Source: Sarea resinae
Lineage: Eukaryota
Reading direction: 5' to 3'
DNA length: 64,000 nucleotides
Assembly: GCA_026026165.1 (NCBI GenBank)
Contig: JAPEUD010000012.1
Coordinates: forward strand, 372,001 to 436,000
Notes under the pieces: generated by a model
Told to the model about the DNA's origin: nothing
What the model saw: the letters and a program-made list of their open reading frames with translations, nothing else
The model's database searches: none
In this document: positions 36,418 to 50,040 of the stretch, in pieces
Layout: each line of letters starts with the position of its first letter
Numbering within the stretch: the stretch's first letter is position 1
Position numbers and translations under genes: made by a program

Positions 36418-37717
36418 ACGTCACCTTCTCTACCTGACCGCCTTGGATTAGGCGGCCAGGACCTTACACCGGGTTGGGCTGCAATGGATTGATTGGATAG
36501 TTGTCCGTGGCAGTCTAGTCACGACGGGGCCGCAATTTTCATATAGGGCCTCAAACCGATTTGCAGGCCCTGTTTGTTTCAGTGCATGTGCATCTTTTCT
36601 TCCTCGCGTCTGGCGAAATAGTGACGATGGGACGATTTTTTTGACCTGTCTTTTTCTTCAATTTTTCTCTTCTCCTCTTCTTCTTGTATAAGCTAAGGAT
36701 ACCTTCCGTTTTGGCCTGGATTTCGGAGGTCTGGAGGTTTTGAGGTGTGGAACTCTGATCGAGAGCTACAGAGGTAGTTTTGGTTGGGCCAGGCTTGTGA
36801 GAGGGATATGGCCAACGAACACGCAAGTGTAGTATACGGGAAATAGGACGAGAATTACTACATATACGCCACCACTTGAGCATAATTCGTTTTTTCATGT
36901 AATGCTAGATGACAATCCGAGAACATGCTACCAGAGCGTTGATTGTTCTCATTGAAGTCTCCACATCGAACTCCAACCCACCTGCACCTGAATCCATCCA
37001 TCCATCGGGCACTTCGGCCAAACGTTGTTCCAGGCTCAAGCTTCTAGAAACGGCCGGTTAGTAGCGGGAGTGCCTTGGCGCCACCACGCCATCAAAGCAA
37101 ATTTCGACGAGTTGGAAAGCCGGCAGGGGCTCGGCAGGGAGCGAAGCGAACCCCAGCCTAGGAGTCCCACCAAACCCTTCCACCCTTCCACCCTTCGATC
37201 GAATCCTTCTAAATCCTTGGCCTTGCCCTTCTGGGCTCAAGCCTCTTCGTTTCCGCACAGCTTATTGCGTCGATTGGAGAGCGTGGGTGAAAAGACGTTG
37301 TCATAGGTATTCTGGCGCCGATCACGCAATCGGCGCTATGTTGACAGTTCTTCTGCCTTACCGCAGAACGATGGAGAGATCGCGGTGGTCAGATGGCCGA
37401 GGCGGGTTCAAATAGACGTGCTGCCTGCAAGGCGTCTTTTTGCTTCTGCGGGATCGCGTTGCTGCGGCTTACTCATGGATGCGACCATGGGCATATCACG
37501 CCTTCTTGTTCGCTGAAGAATTGCTAGTTTTATCTGACTCTTATACTTCCCTCTTTCCTGTCTGGAGATGCTGGCACAAGCGGAATTCAGATACGCATGA
37601 CTGACTGATTGACTGGCATATTTATACCGTCATTCTGCTGCTGCTGCTGCTGCTGTTGTTGCTACTCTCTCTGGCTATACCTCTCGTCGGTTTGTTTTCA
37701 CGGCAGGGCACACCAAC

Positions 37718-39615
37718 ATGGCAGAGGAAATCGGTTTGGGCAAGGGGGCCCACGCGTCGCCGCAGGATGGCGAAAAATCTTACTTCGAAGCGCATGGCTA
37801 CGGAGTCGATACAGGTCGATCCGACGATGTCGAGAAAACGGCCAACGCATCCTTAACCCACTCGATCTCACCACCCGCAATCGGCCGTGTAGAAGACCGT
37901 CTCTCACGACGCCTCTCTGCCCGCCAGGTTCAAATGATAGCCATCGGCGGTACCATCGGCACGGGTCTTTTCCTTGGCACAGGCAAATCGCTCGCCACGG
38001 GCGGCCCGGCGTCGATGCTCATTGCCTACAGCATCGTGGGTGGCATCATATATATCACGATGTTGTCGCTCGGCGAGATGGCGACGTATATGCCTGTGGC
38101 GGGATCGTTCTGCACGTTCGCAGGCCGCTTCGTCGATGACGCGTTCTCGTTTGCGTTGACGTGGAACTACTGGTTCAACGATGCCGTGAGCGTGGCCTCG
38201 GATCTGGTAGCCGTGCAGTTGCTGCTGAAGTTCTGGACCAGCTCATTTCCGGGGTGGGCATTGAGTTTGATTTTCTGGTTTGTGCTGGTCGCGGCGAATT
38301 TGGTCTCTGTTGCCCTGTATGGGGAGGTGAGTTTGAATCTGCTCGGAGCTGTGCTCTTAAGTGGTCTCGGTGTGCTAATGGCAAGGAACAGGTGGAATAC
38401 TGGCTGAGTCTGTTGAAAGTCATCACGATAGTCATCTTCATCATCATAGGCGTCGTGGTCAACTGCGGAGCCAACAACCAGCATCATTATCTCGGCGCCC
38501 ACTATTGGTACATTGGCGACGCGCCGTTCGTCGGTGGCATTGGCGGGTTTGCTTCAGTTTTCGTCACCGCTGCATTTGCCTGTGAGTATTCTTTTCCAAG
38601 CCCTTGAAGCTTCAAATAAATGCTCACGCTCGCCTCAGACGGTGGCACGGAATCCATAGCCATTACCGCAGGGGAGACGAAGAATCCCACGAAAACGATG
38701 CCGCGGGTCGTCAAAAACGTCTTTTACCGCATCCTGCTCTTCTATATCCTATCGATCCTCCTGATCGGTCTTGACGTTGCATACACGCATCCCGGTCTCA
38801 ACAACAAGAACACGCGCACATCGCCTTTTACCCTCGTCTTCTCGCTCGCCGGCACACACTCACACGTTGCGGCCTCCTTTATCAATGCGGTCATCATGAC
38901 ATCCGCCTTCTCGGCCTCCAACCATGCTCTTTTTGCCGGTTCACGTCTCCTCTACACCCTTGGCGTCAAAGGCCACGCCCCACGCATTTTCGCTTCCCTC
39001 GCGCCCCACACGCACGTCCCTTACGTTGCTGTCCTGTCCACGGCAGCCATTGGCGGGCTCTGCTTTGGCGCCTCCTTCATCGGCGCCGGCCAGCTGTGGA
39101 CATGGCTCCAGAATCTCGTCGGTGTGTCGAATCAGCTGTCGTGGCTCTTCATCGGCGTTGCCTCGGTGCGTTTCCGACGCGGCGTCGCCGCTCAGGGCAA
39201 GGAACATCTGCTTCCATACCGCAACTGGACGTATCCGTGGGGTCCCTGGGCCAGCATCATCCTCAACGCTTTCATCATCTTGATCCAGGGCTGGAGCTGT
39301 TTCAGCCCGAGCTTCAGCGGCGTCGACTTCGTCAGCTTCTATCTCGAGCTGCCCATCATGTTTGTCATGTACGTTGGGTGGAAGATCTGGAAACGGACGA
39401 GTTTCGTGCGGGCGTCGACCATGGATCTCGAGACCGATCGATACATCGGCAGCGCGGAGGAAGACCAGGACGCCGAGAAGGAGGGCCGCAACGGCGCTGG
39501 GGACGGCGATGAGGGCGACATCGTCGATCAAGATGGGAATCCGATTGCCGGTTCTTCGCGGCGGCGGACGAGCTGGAAGAATCGGGTCAAGAGCGCCGCG
39601 CTCTTCGTCTTCTAG
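37718..39615 (+). CDS. Amino acid permease (APC superfamily, YAT family), 591 aa; exons 37718-38326, 38392-38581, 38639-39615
   Basis: LSARQVQMIAIGGTIGTGLFLG, SLGEMA, YGEVEYW, YGGTESIAITAGE and SPFT. Two canonical introns. TATA-like TATTTATA near 37619. Confidence 0.96.
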
Positions 39616-40635
39616 ATGATTCGTCCTCATCTACTAGCTATTGGTTTCCTTTCTTGGCCGGTGGATTGGAGCATGAGGCTTGTCGATGCCCCTGTGTGTG
39701 TGTGGATAGGGTAGGTTAGGCAGGCCGCTCCGGCGTTTCTTCGTATGACCTTTATGATAGCAGGATGATGTTGCATCTCTAGGCGTTGGCAGTTTCTTTA
39801 CTTTTTTGGCCAAAGCTGTCTCATATACTGTTTCTGCTTGGCATAGCTCATACAGCTTCTGCCATTCCATACCATCAATGAGAATCTCTACACCCGCCAC
39901 GACGTCTTTTTATCTCTGAACCTCTCTATACGGCGTACGACCTTTCTCTGAAGATACCTATGTAAAGCAGAGTCTTTCAAATACAGGTAAGAATGGATTA
40001 GAGCAGGTTATAGACCAGCAGAGAGACTAGTCACGCCCAACACCTTCATTTCGGCCATCTCCCTCGGCGCTTTCGAGACAAGCAGGACGTCTGTCCGTCT
40101 GTCCGTCTGTCCGTTCGAATGGTGGCAAGGAGTGGGTAGAATAAAGCGGAGAAGACCATGGTCGGTCTTCCTTCTTCGGGTCAGAGAGAGCCTGGATTTG
40201 CCGCTTTTCCTTCCTCCCCTTCTTCCCCTTCTTCCTTGTCCGCTCGGGACTGAGAGCCCCCCACCACCGCGCCGGTTCATACCTTGTGCGTGCCATGGGA
40301 TTCTCGGGCACGCGATGAAGTCGTGTATGCAAGCCGTGTCTATGCGGCGGCAAAACTAGACGGTGTGGTGGGGAAAAGGAGAGAGAACCCTGGCGCAGCA
40401 GTGGGCGGAGGAAGTTGTCACCACGATGAGCAGTCAAGTGTCGATGCCAAAAGCGATCGTCTCCCTGCCGTTGCCCACGCGCTAGCTCGAGACCAGAGCT
40501 CAGAGGTCCGGTCGAAACAGTGAGGTCGGCCGTCGGTGCAAAACCTCAGCCATGACCATGCATGCCCACCTGTAGTAGATCTTCTCTGTAGACGTAGAGG
40601 CAGCCGTCGAAACCCTCATCTGAACAGCAAGCAGC

Positions 40636-41403
40636 TCACACGCCATCCGCGCCGCCCTCATGATCCGCACATCCTGCTGAAGCATCTCCGTCCTCTTTCT
40701 CGTCCTCTGCCTCTTCCTCTTCCTCTTCCTTCTGCCCTCCTCTTCCCCTCCAAAACCCCTTCCCATAACTAACGCAAATCTCCTCGCCCCTCCTCACGCC
40801 CTTCCTGCCCGCCCCGCTCCTCCCAGCCGACACGACCCAGACGCCCATGGTGCGCTCGCCACCCCGCGTGACGCACTCGCGAAACTCGGCATTGGGCCTC
40901 GCCCGCACGCCGCGATAGTCGTTGACGAAGCGGGCCTGGTTGCCGGCGCGCGTCGCGTCGACGCCGATGCCGCGCCCGCCGTCGAGACAGAGGTCGTAGT
41001 CCGAGCCCGGGTCCGCATCGGCCCCGGCCGCGTGCACGACGCCCACGTACGGCAGGATGAAGGACCCCGGCGCCAGGTCGTGCGTGGCGAAGAGACCGTA
41101 TTGCGTGTGGGCCGGGTGCGAAGGGCGGGTGATGCGGGTGATGGAGACGGGCGGATTGGGCGTCTGGTTTGGGATCTGCGGCAGGACAAGGCCCGGCTGC
41201 TGCGATGGGGGTGGAGATGCAGTGGATGATGATTCGCAAGGGCGAGCCGGCCGGAACGCCGCATAGTCGGCGGCTGTCAGCGCTTTGGAGTATCTCGGTG
41301 TCGTCAGGTAGGTTATGTTCGAGGGCCAATTTTTGGGCACCTTGGCCACCGGAGCTGCGGCTGCCGCTGACGCGTGCTTGCCGTCTGCTTTCTTTCTGGC
41401 CAT
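40636..41403 (-). CDS. Small stand-alone SET-domain methyltransferase, ~255 aa
   Basis: QYGLFAT, FILPYVGVV, GVDATRAGNQARFVNDY and GEEICVSYGKGFW. The start may extend to an upstream in-frame ATG. Confidence 0.88.
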   Translation of the reverse strand: MARKKADGKHASAAAAAPVAKVPKNWPSNITYLTTPRYSKALTAADYAAFRPARPCESSSTASPPPSQQPGLVLPQIPNQTPNPPVSITRITRPSHPAHTQYGLFATHDLAPGSFILPYVGVVHAAGADADPGSDYDLCLDGGRGIGVDATRAGNQARFVNDYRGVRARPNAEFRECVTRGGERTMGVWVVSAGRSGAGRKGVRRGEEICVSYGKGFWRGRGGQKEEEEEEAEDEKEDGDASAGCADHEGGADGV

Positions 41404-44400
41404 CTGAAACTGTCGGGATTGCGGACAGGATAAGAAAAACACGGTTCCTGCGACTATGGCATAGGGGATCGCAGAGACGGGGCTCATGCGTTGAGTGTGG
41501 TTGATTGCCCATGTGTTTTCGAGGAGGAACCGAGATGGCGTTGAAGCTCGAGCAGAGTACACAAAAATACGTACGATTGAGCTTCTTTCTAAGCACTCAT
41601 TTTATCGTCTATGTCAGCCATAAGACTGTCGGCTTCGGCGTCGTCGTTGTCATCTTCTAAGAAAACATAACAGAGGGGTTTGCTAAAAACGTCTGCTCTA
41701 CTCTACTCTACTCTACTCTATCTCCTCTGCTTCCCATACGAGGATCTTGGTTTTGTCCAGGATTCGAAGCTATAGAAGCGATAGGTATCATAGAAGTTTA
41801 CTCTCTATTCAGACTCCTCAACGTACCTTATGAAGTGTTCCGAAGAATCCAGGTGGAGAAAGAGGTAGGGGGGCTAGGGGGGGGAAAGAGGAGGAGAGAG
41901 GTAAAGATAGATGTCAACATGTCTGTGATAAATACGTCGACATTACAATGTGATGCATCTATTCATTTCTGGGCAATAATACAGAGAGTACCTGTTTTCT
42001 TTCTCTCCTCTTCATGAAGGGGGAGCGCGTGGCCAGATATGTTAGTACAAGTCTTTCAGACTCCAACGATAGCGTTGAATCTACCGCTCGACTGCTGGAC
42101 GGATGGACGGATCAATGGGCATAGACAGGGCCATCATTTTCTTGTTCCTCTTTACCTTGTTCGAGGGGACTCCTGGTGAGGCACCAAGGTACCACGGAGT
42201 ACGACTGTACTGGATAGAGTTCTTCTTTACTTTTCTCCTAATACAAAGGACAGAGGAGTCTACTCTTACTTGATGGTCTGCGACGGGGCTCATGATAGCG
42301 TACCTACAAAGGTATTCGATACTGACTGGAGAGAAGATGCTGATTTGATTTGCCGAGCGTTGAGGGTGAATTGTGAATTTCGAGTGGAAGGATCAGGAAT
42401 CAGGAATCAGGGGAAGGGGACTTGGTTGCTCGACTACTACAGAGTACTCTACTGAACGAAGTACTCTACAGGTACGATCGGGATTTTCGACATCAACGCT
42501 CATGTGTCTAGGTATCCATACCTACAGTGGTAAGAGTACTCTCTCAACTATCGAATTCTTGGGTTTTCGCTTTTCTTCTAGTCTGATTTCTTAGTTTATT
42601 GGGGCGATTCCTAAGGGGGGATTTCCATGCTATTTTTGGAACGGCTTGTGGGGGGACGGACTCTGGGCTTCCATTGGTTAGACCAGAGGAGGGACGGTGT
42701 TATTGATGATCTACTCGGTCAGGTATGTGCTCGAGTACGGTGAGAGCGAGATCGACTTGACTTTCGATTACTCTAAACTTTGCTCAAGAATAATATGGAC
42801 CCTCTTTTGCGGATCAGCACGCAGGTACGGTAGTGATGTACTTCGAAGTACATAGTAGATGGGCGATCGATGACGATCGCTACATGACTCCGTCCATTTC
42901 GCAGCGCGGTGGTGGTTGCCCTGGGTTATGGAAACAGAGTGCGATAGAAGACTGGCGATTGGGTTGGCATGGCACCGCCTAGAAATGGACTCTAGCTGGG
43001 CATGGATTGACTGCCGAAAGTATTTCGACGTATCCGCAGCCCATAAACAGTTCATGACGGTACAGCTATCTACCTCCTACTTGGCAGCCTCGTCAGGTTA
43101 GAGGGCAAGTTGTGTCTCAGCTCTCTGAGCCGACTCCCAGCGTCCCAATTTACTTTTCTTCTCCTCCCCCTTGCGTTCGGCGTCGGATCCCCTCGATGAC
43201 GCAGCCTGGCCAGCGGGACGACTGCGTATGGCGTGGGACACAGAATACAGACACATTGCTCTGACAGCTACCTACGTAGCACACATACCATACGTACGCT
43301 TTTGCTGGGATCCTGGACTGTTGCGTATCTTTGTTCCTGCGCAAGTGAGAGTAATGGTGAGGTGGTGGTGCGTTGGAGACTGACTGCCCTGCAGAACGTA
43401 TGCCTCGTGGGGGACAGCCGTTCGTCTGGCCATTTCGGAGGGTGGAGAGGGAATGCGACTGGTAGCGACTGGTAGCGACTGGAGGCGTCGGATCACACCG
43501 TTGCATAGAGTACATCCATCCATCCATACTCACTACGGTAGGTCAGTGAGATCGAAGTGGATTCATGTTGGTTGGTTTGGCCGATCGAATGATGTTCCGC
43601 TGTCTACGGAATGGGTACCTACCTTTGCGCAGTAGAGTAGAGCAGAGGAAGGTCAAGTATGAGTACTCTGCTCGGACAGCAGTACTAGTTGTGTGCCCTA
43701 TGCCCAGTGGAGAGAGAAGGGCCGAGGTATTATGTACGTACAGATATACCCAATGGCACATCGGATCCGCCGCAGGGATGCAGAGACGGCCGACCTGAGG
43801 TACCTCCCTACCTTACCTTGCGACAAGCAGATCGTATGGGATCGGCTGGATGTGACTGACTGCCATGACTGCCGTGACTGAACTGGCTGGCGGCGACAGG
43901 CGATGGGCGACCGACCACTGGACACCCTCATTTCGTTTGCAGAGCGAGTACGAGGGCATCGGACGTGCTCCTTATATACTTGGCAGGTCCACCGCCAAGG
44001 GCAGAGGCTGCCAACTCGACCCGTTCGCAATCATCGTCTGGGATCTTCCATCCAGACGGTGGCCGCTGACCGTGCTGAGAGCGTCGTGTCCGAAGTACAT
44101 AGTACGAGCCCTGGAGGTCGGAGGCGTTCGCTAGCGCAGGTACCGGTCCTTGTTCCTGATGAGGCCCTTGTCTCCATCTGCGCCTAGTGTATTCCGCAGT
44201 AAGCGTGGGAGCCTTTCGTGAGCCAATGGGAGACGGCCAGACGCGCGAAGACCCTGACTAGCCGCCTTGGTCCAGCACATGGCCGTGTCTGAGTGGCTGG
44301 TCGAGGGGGAGGCGGCCTTGAAATGGGCTGTCTCATCAGGGGGGGAGTGAATACGGTACCTTGCCTTACTTCGTCTCTCACTCCTTTCATGCCGTCCCTT

Positions 44401-44905
44401 GGCCGCCTTAGGGCACTACCCACTCGTACTATGTAGCTGTACTCTACCATAGTACAGAAGAGACCACCCGTTTGGATCCTACTCATAGTATGGACCCTAA
44501 GGTGTCGAGCCCAGACGACAGCACAGCCCCGGTACGGGTGCTAGAGAAAAAGTGTAAACGTTAGGGCCTTGGGTCTGGTCGAGATGGCAAAATGGACCAG
44601 ACCACCATGCCAGACCGTACCCATACCGTGCCCGTCTGCCAGGAACAGGTTCAGCGCAAGGTACGGATACTCCTGTGCTACCGTACCACTGGCGTACAGG
44701 ACAGGACAGATTCCATGCATCTCTACTATGTATGGGCCAACGGGCTGCTTCCCGATTTAGCAAACAAACCTTGAGTACTATGTACTGCCAGTGAATCCAT
44801 CCATGAACCCTTGAACCCTCGAATCCTTGAGCCTTGCGCGTCCCAAGTCTTCATTCACCCCCCTCTTGCTTCACTGTGTCGGCTCGCTACTCCCCCTGCT
44901 TCATC

Positions 44906-44911
44906 TATAAA
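44906..44911 (+). promoter_or_regulatory. TATA box of the CCG-6-like gene
   Basis: TATAAA followed by a CT-rich tract ~220 bp upstream of the ATG. Confidence 0.6.
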
Positions 44912-45128
44912 GAATCCTCTCTACCCGCCCACACCATCCTTTCCTCTTCTCTTCTCACCCACCACTCTCACACTCTCTTTCAGATCGCAATCCAAAGACA
45001 ACCGGTTATCACCGATTCCATTCGTTTTACCACCCAAACTACTCATCATCGCCTTCGAGGAACTCCATCTCTCTCTCTTCCAATCTCCAACCACTTTATC
45101 AACCGTCAATACCTCTTAATCAATCAAG

Positions 45129-45694
45129 ATGCGTTTCTCCATCGTCGCTGCCGCCGCCGCCCTCGTGGCTGGTGTTTCTGCTGCCTCCAACGGCACCGAG
45201 GTCTACACCACCGAGGTCGTCACTGCCTTCACCACCTACTGCCCCGAGGCCACTTCTCTGGTCCACAATAACAAGACTTACACCGTCACGGAGGTATGGA
45301 AATCCAAGACTGAGTTCCAAGTATTTCGCTGACATGAGTATTTCTAGGCTACCACGTTGACCATCACCAACTGCCCGTGCACCGTCACCAAGCCTTTGAC
45401 ATCTGGCACCCCCGCTCCCATTGCCTCCACTGCGTAAGCTTCCATGGCTCGCTGATGTGAAAAGTCCCCAGCTAACATATCAATAGCCCGGCTGCCAGTC
45501 CCTCGCTGATCTCCACCATCCCGCCCTACATCAACGGTACCGGCACCGTCCCCACCAGCTCTGGTGCTGCCTCCGGAACTGGCTCTGCTACAGCCTCCAC
45601 CAAGCCCGTCTTCACTGGCGCCGCCAACCAGGCTTTCGCCGCCTCCGGTGCTGGCCTCGCTGGTCTGCTCGGTCTTGCGGCTTTCGTCCTGTAA
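45129..45694 (+). CDS. ccg-6: CCG-6/Mmc-like GPI-anchored cell-wall protein, 152 aa; exons 45129-45293, 45348-45433, 45487-45694
   Basis: Signal peptide; YTTEVVTAFTTYCPEAT..NKTYTVTEATTLTITNCPCTV signature; Ser/Thr-rich stalk; FTGAAN..GLAGLLGLAAFVL GPI signal. Confidence 0.9.
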
Positions 45695-48423
45695 GCGACT
45701 TGATCCGAAATTATCTCCTTCATAGGCCTTGCCTCTGGCGTGGCTTTTGGAAAGAGATGGTGTTGGATTGGGAAGTGAGTTGGGTCTACGATTCTGGGAG
45801 TCAATCAACGATAAATGGCTGAAGCCTTTTCTTTTCTCCTTCGTCTCTGTGTACATGACAATTGCATTGCGGTGGAGGAGTTTGAACCGGTCATTTCTCT
45901 CTCTTTCTCACTACTGATCCGGTGGTTGGGTATGGATGGATGGATTGGTCGGTTGGCTTGGCGGGATGGATTGGTTGGTTGCATACAAAAAAGGATTGAT
46001 ATGGGGGGGCTCTGATCTGGCATCTGTTGGATCTGTGGCTCAACCATTTTCTCTCTTTTCTCTTCTTCGACATAATTCTGTTCTCCGAATAAGGGAACCC
46101 TACTTCGATTATAATTCTTTGTAAGATCATCGTTTCGTGGTAGGATTCCTGTCGAGGTTTGGGATGGCAAGGTGCCAACCATTTTCTCGGGTGGAATCGG
46201 TGGTGTGTTTGACTCGCCGGACTTTTGTTGACAGTCAGATATCATCAATACCAGTCTTTGCTTCTGACCTTTGCCTCCATTGTGATTTGTTCTAGAAACC
46301 TACGAAGGCATATCCCCCGTGCCCGACACTGCCTTAGCAACCATCGCAATCCGTAGTAAACGTCGTCAGCCCGTCACCACAAGCGTTGGTGGGGTGCCAG
46401 GTTGGAATGGGGGGTTGGGCATTCCAGAGACCCCTAGGCCAGAGACGACGCAGGAAACATGGAAGACATCGGAGGCCCCAGGGCTGGGCACCTCTGAGCA
46501 ATGACGACGACGCAGACGTTCTCAGATATACCCCGTCTATCTCTTTGACTACACGTCTCTTTGACTACACGTCCTTCGTACGAGTCCATGGGTGCAGCAA
46601 CATCAAAGCTCAGTGAAGGTTCCCGCATTGCGGTGCATTGCATTGCATGGTCTCATACTCTCTTCTCTCTCTCTAATCAAACCTACCAAACTCTACGACT
46701 CTGATACTGTTCGGTCCCCTCCACTATCCTGTTCCATCTTCTCCCTCTCTCTCTTTGTGGTCTTGATGGGTGTACGACGTACATCGCAATACGCAGTATG
46801 TAAGCAGGCCGCAGCGGAATCCCCTGGTTCCGTTCGCAATCACCGATCGTTCGCTGCTATTGGGCATATAGCTCCCCAGCCAGAGTCGTCGCCTACCAAC
46901 TTGATTCGATCCGCTTGCTCGACTCTGCTAAGTAGATGGGCAGGGTGGTGGGTTTCGATAGGTCGGGCTCTACTGGACTTCACCTTACTTTCCGGGGGTA
47001 GGTAGGTAAGTAGGTACCTTGCATGGATATGAATGGGACGATTCGATTGTTTTGGTTGTTTATTCGTCTGTAGGAAAGGCCTGTAAGGGTGCGTCTGTAC
47101 TGTGGGCTGTAGGGGGTTGTTTTGGAAGAGATGAGTCGAGAGGTGAGATTAAGGTGAGAGTGGTCCGTCCATCCATCCATCCTGTCAGGTCGGTAGGGCT
47201 GCGCTGTGCTGTGCTGTGCTCGGGGTATCGTTAGATGAAACGGCCTACTACCTACCTGCTATTTTGCCTCAACCGGCTTTTCCACTCCAGATAGCCTTGA
47301 TCAAAGCATTCATTTGCTGCTTGTTTATGGCGATATTCAGTAGGAGAGGTTCGATATGGATACCGGAAATTTCCAATACCGGTCGAGGAGTGAGGCTATA
47401 GCGAGTGAACAGCAAGGGGATCTGGGACCAGCAGGCAGGTATTCAGGCTTTCGATTTGTTTGCTTTCAGATGGCTGCTATCATAAGTCTCAAGTTCCTCC
47501 TACTTGTAACTTGTCTGCGAGGCAACTGGACTATTGGGGTTTTCGTCAGTAAACAGCATGCTGCCAGAACGTCGACTGAATGAAGATTGGCCCATTGTCT
47601 GGTTCCAGACAGGGAACCTCATGCCTATCGAAGGGCTATGGGTCTTGACGGCGATAGGCGATCACGCAGAGTTGGATATACAAGCTCGTGAAGAGATGAA
47701 GTCTCGAAAACTGACAAGAACATCGTATGAGGCCCGATGGATGAGCAGCAAGAGTGGGTTGCTATCGATATGCCATGCCTTTCAATATGCTTGTTTCGAT
47801 GAAAGGGGGATGTCGAACATGGATTCCATAACAATGAGCCATAGGCAAAGTCCAGGGTCATTATATTAGATAGAAAAGGTCTGGAATTCTGAACAGATAC
47901 CTGCCTTTGTCCGTCGGCTCTCCTCTGCGTACTGTTCTCAGAGCCTTGCTATCTACCCAAATCTCGATCAAGATAGATCCGTGATCGAGTCCAGAGCCAT
48001 CATTCTCCCTACATCGGAACCAACGGCACCACCGCATCTGCCGACAGCCGTCATGACTAATCAAGCAGCCTACAATTCCCCTCCATTGCACCTCACCCCG
48101 CTGAGCCCCTCCCCGTTCAAGATGATCGTAGTGTCACCTTGGCCGAGGCGCAGCGGTGCCGCATCGGAAAAAAACGTCATCCAGGGTGCCGTAGCCGAGA
48201 TAGCCTCGACGGTATCTTAGCAGCTGGGGCCCAGCTACCCCTCCCCCGCATTTCGGCACCCCCTTCCAGACCTTCTACTGGTAATCCTGATCCGAGTAAA
48301 CATGGAAGCAGAAATATATATTCTTTAGGGCCTACTTGACCCGAAGCATTTTGTGATTTTCGTGTATATAACTAAACGGCTTGATGTTCATAGTCTCTGG
48401 ACCCTTTTTCTTCCAAACGGTCT

Positions 48424-50040
48424 ATGTTGCGACATTCCAGCTTACAGAAAGCTCTGGTCCGAAACTTTGATAATTACTCATCAGCTTCGTCAGCATCGTC
48501 CATTGCCTCAATCGCATCTTTTTCTTATCAGCGCCATATCCCCATCCCTATCCGTGCTCTCACCACCCTCACAACCACGATCACATATTTTCGCTCCCTT
48601 ATCCTGTCTCGTAATCCCCTAAGGAATCCATCCCAGCGTCCATTCGAAATGACGACCTCCCCTCCCCTCCAACACGGCGCGAGCATCGTCACGTCTCCCC
48701 TGCGGGCCATCAGCACGACCGCCGCGCCGCCGTTCCCTCCCGCCGCCCTACGGCCACTGATCACAGAGATAGCCATCCTACTGAGACAGAGAGGCGAGAG
48801 CGTCAGTGTTGCCGAGACAGTATGTGTGCCCTGCATCCGAGGATGTGATTTATATGTTTCAGTCGGCGGGGACGACAGCAGGGAGGAAGGCGACTGATGG
48901 GCTAGACTGAGGTAGCATGGCATTGAATCAGCGCCTCTTGTCAGGATTACCCGGGTCTAAAAGAGGAGAATGAACTACGGGCTGTGTGAAAGTGCGGAAA
49001 GCTAACATGTCCGCTGCGGACCACAGGCTGCCGGCGGGATCATTTCAGCATCTCTCCTCTCCTTTGCGGGTGCAAGCAAATACTATAAAGGCGGATTAAC
49101 TGTACGTTCCCTTCGCCCTTCCCTTTTCTTCCCCTCAACTCCTTTTCCCCTCCTCCTTTCCCCCCTCGTCCACTCCTTTCTATAAATCATTCCGGCTCAT
49201 CCCCAACCCCCCCAATGCCGCCCCATCTCCGGCTCTAAGAGCACAACCCAAAAAGCCCCCATCTCGGTTCTAACACGCTCCCCTTCCCCGAGCAGCTCTA
49301 CACACTCGAATCGCGCATCGCCTTCGGCGGCTGGACGGCCGAGAACCTAAAGACGTACACGGGTCCAACGCCGGCAATCGTGGCGGGGCTGGCCGAGAAC
49401 GTGCGGGAGCGGCTGGGATCCACGTACACGGTGTGCGAGAGCGGGACGGCGGGGCCGTCGGGCGGCGACACGCCGAACCGGAAACCGTGAGTTCGACCGT
49501 CTTTCTTTTCGTCATTGTCGTATCTTTCGTCCCGAGAGCGTTTTTTTGGGGGGGGGGGGTCTTGCGGGGGACTTTGTCCTGGATTGTCATTTCTTGGAGC
49601 CGGCCTCGGAGAGGGGTGAGGGAAAGAACGGGCAAAGTCGAAGAGACAGGTGATGTCCATGATGAGGACAACAGCTTCAATGACGAAGCGAAGCCTGCCC
49701 TGCCTCTACCAATCTCGATCCCCTTTTCCCCTTTCCCCCTTTCCTCTTCTCCCCCCAAGAAAAAAACCCAACACAAACACCCACACCGCTAACGACCTCC
49801 CCCCTTTCCCCAAACAACAGAGGTTACGTCGCGCTCGCCGTCTCGGTGAACCCGTCCGCAGACCCCAACGGGCCCAACAGCCCGCACACGATCACCAAGG
49901 AGCTGGACACGGAGCTGGGCGGCGACCGCGAGGCCAACATGCTGCGCTTCGCCTTCGAGGCGCTGATCTTGCTGAGAGACGTCATTCGCGATCGCGGGTC
50001 GGGCGCTTCGTTGGCGGCGGGTGGTGCGGCGTCGTCCTAG
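48424..50040 (+). CDS. CinA C-terminal/PncC-like domain protein (218 aa from ATG 48649, 293 aa from ATG 48424); exons ..48819, 49027-49101, 49296-49486, 49821-50040
   Basis: GESVSVAETAAGGIISA..GASKYYKGGLTLYT, ESGTAGPSGG, PGYVALAV and DREANM. Three introns restore the frame. Confidence 0.88.

Noticed and set aside
37609..37717. Poly-Cys ORF or uORF upstream of the permease
   Set aside because: It comes from a (CTG)n microsatellite and has a non-ATG start. The short ATG-ACT-GAC-TGA lies upstream of the TATA-like box.
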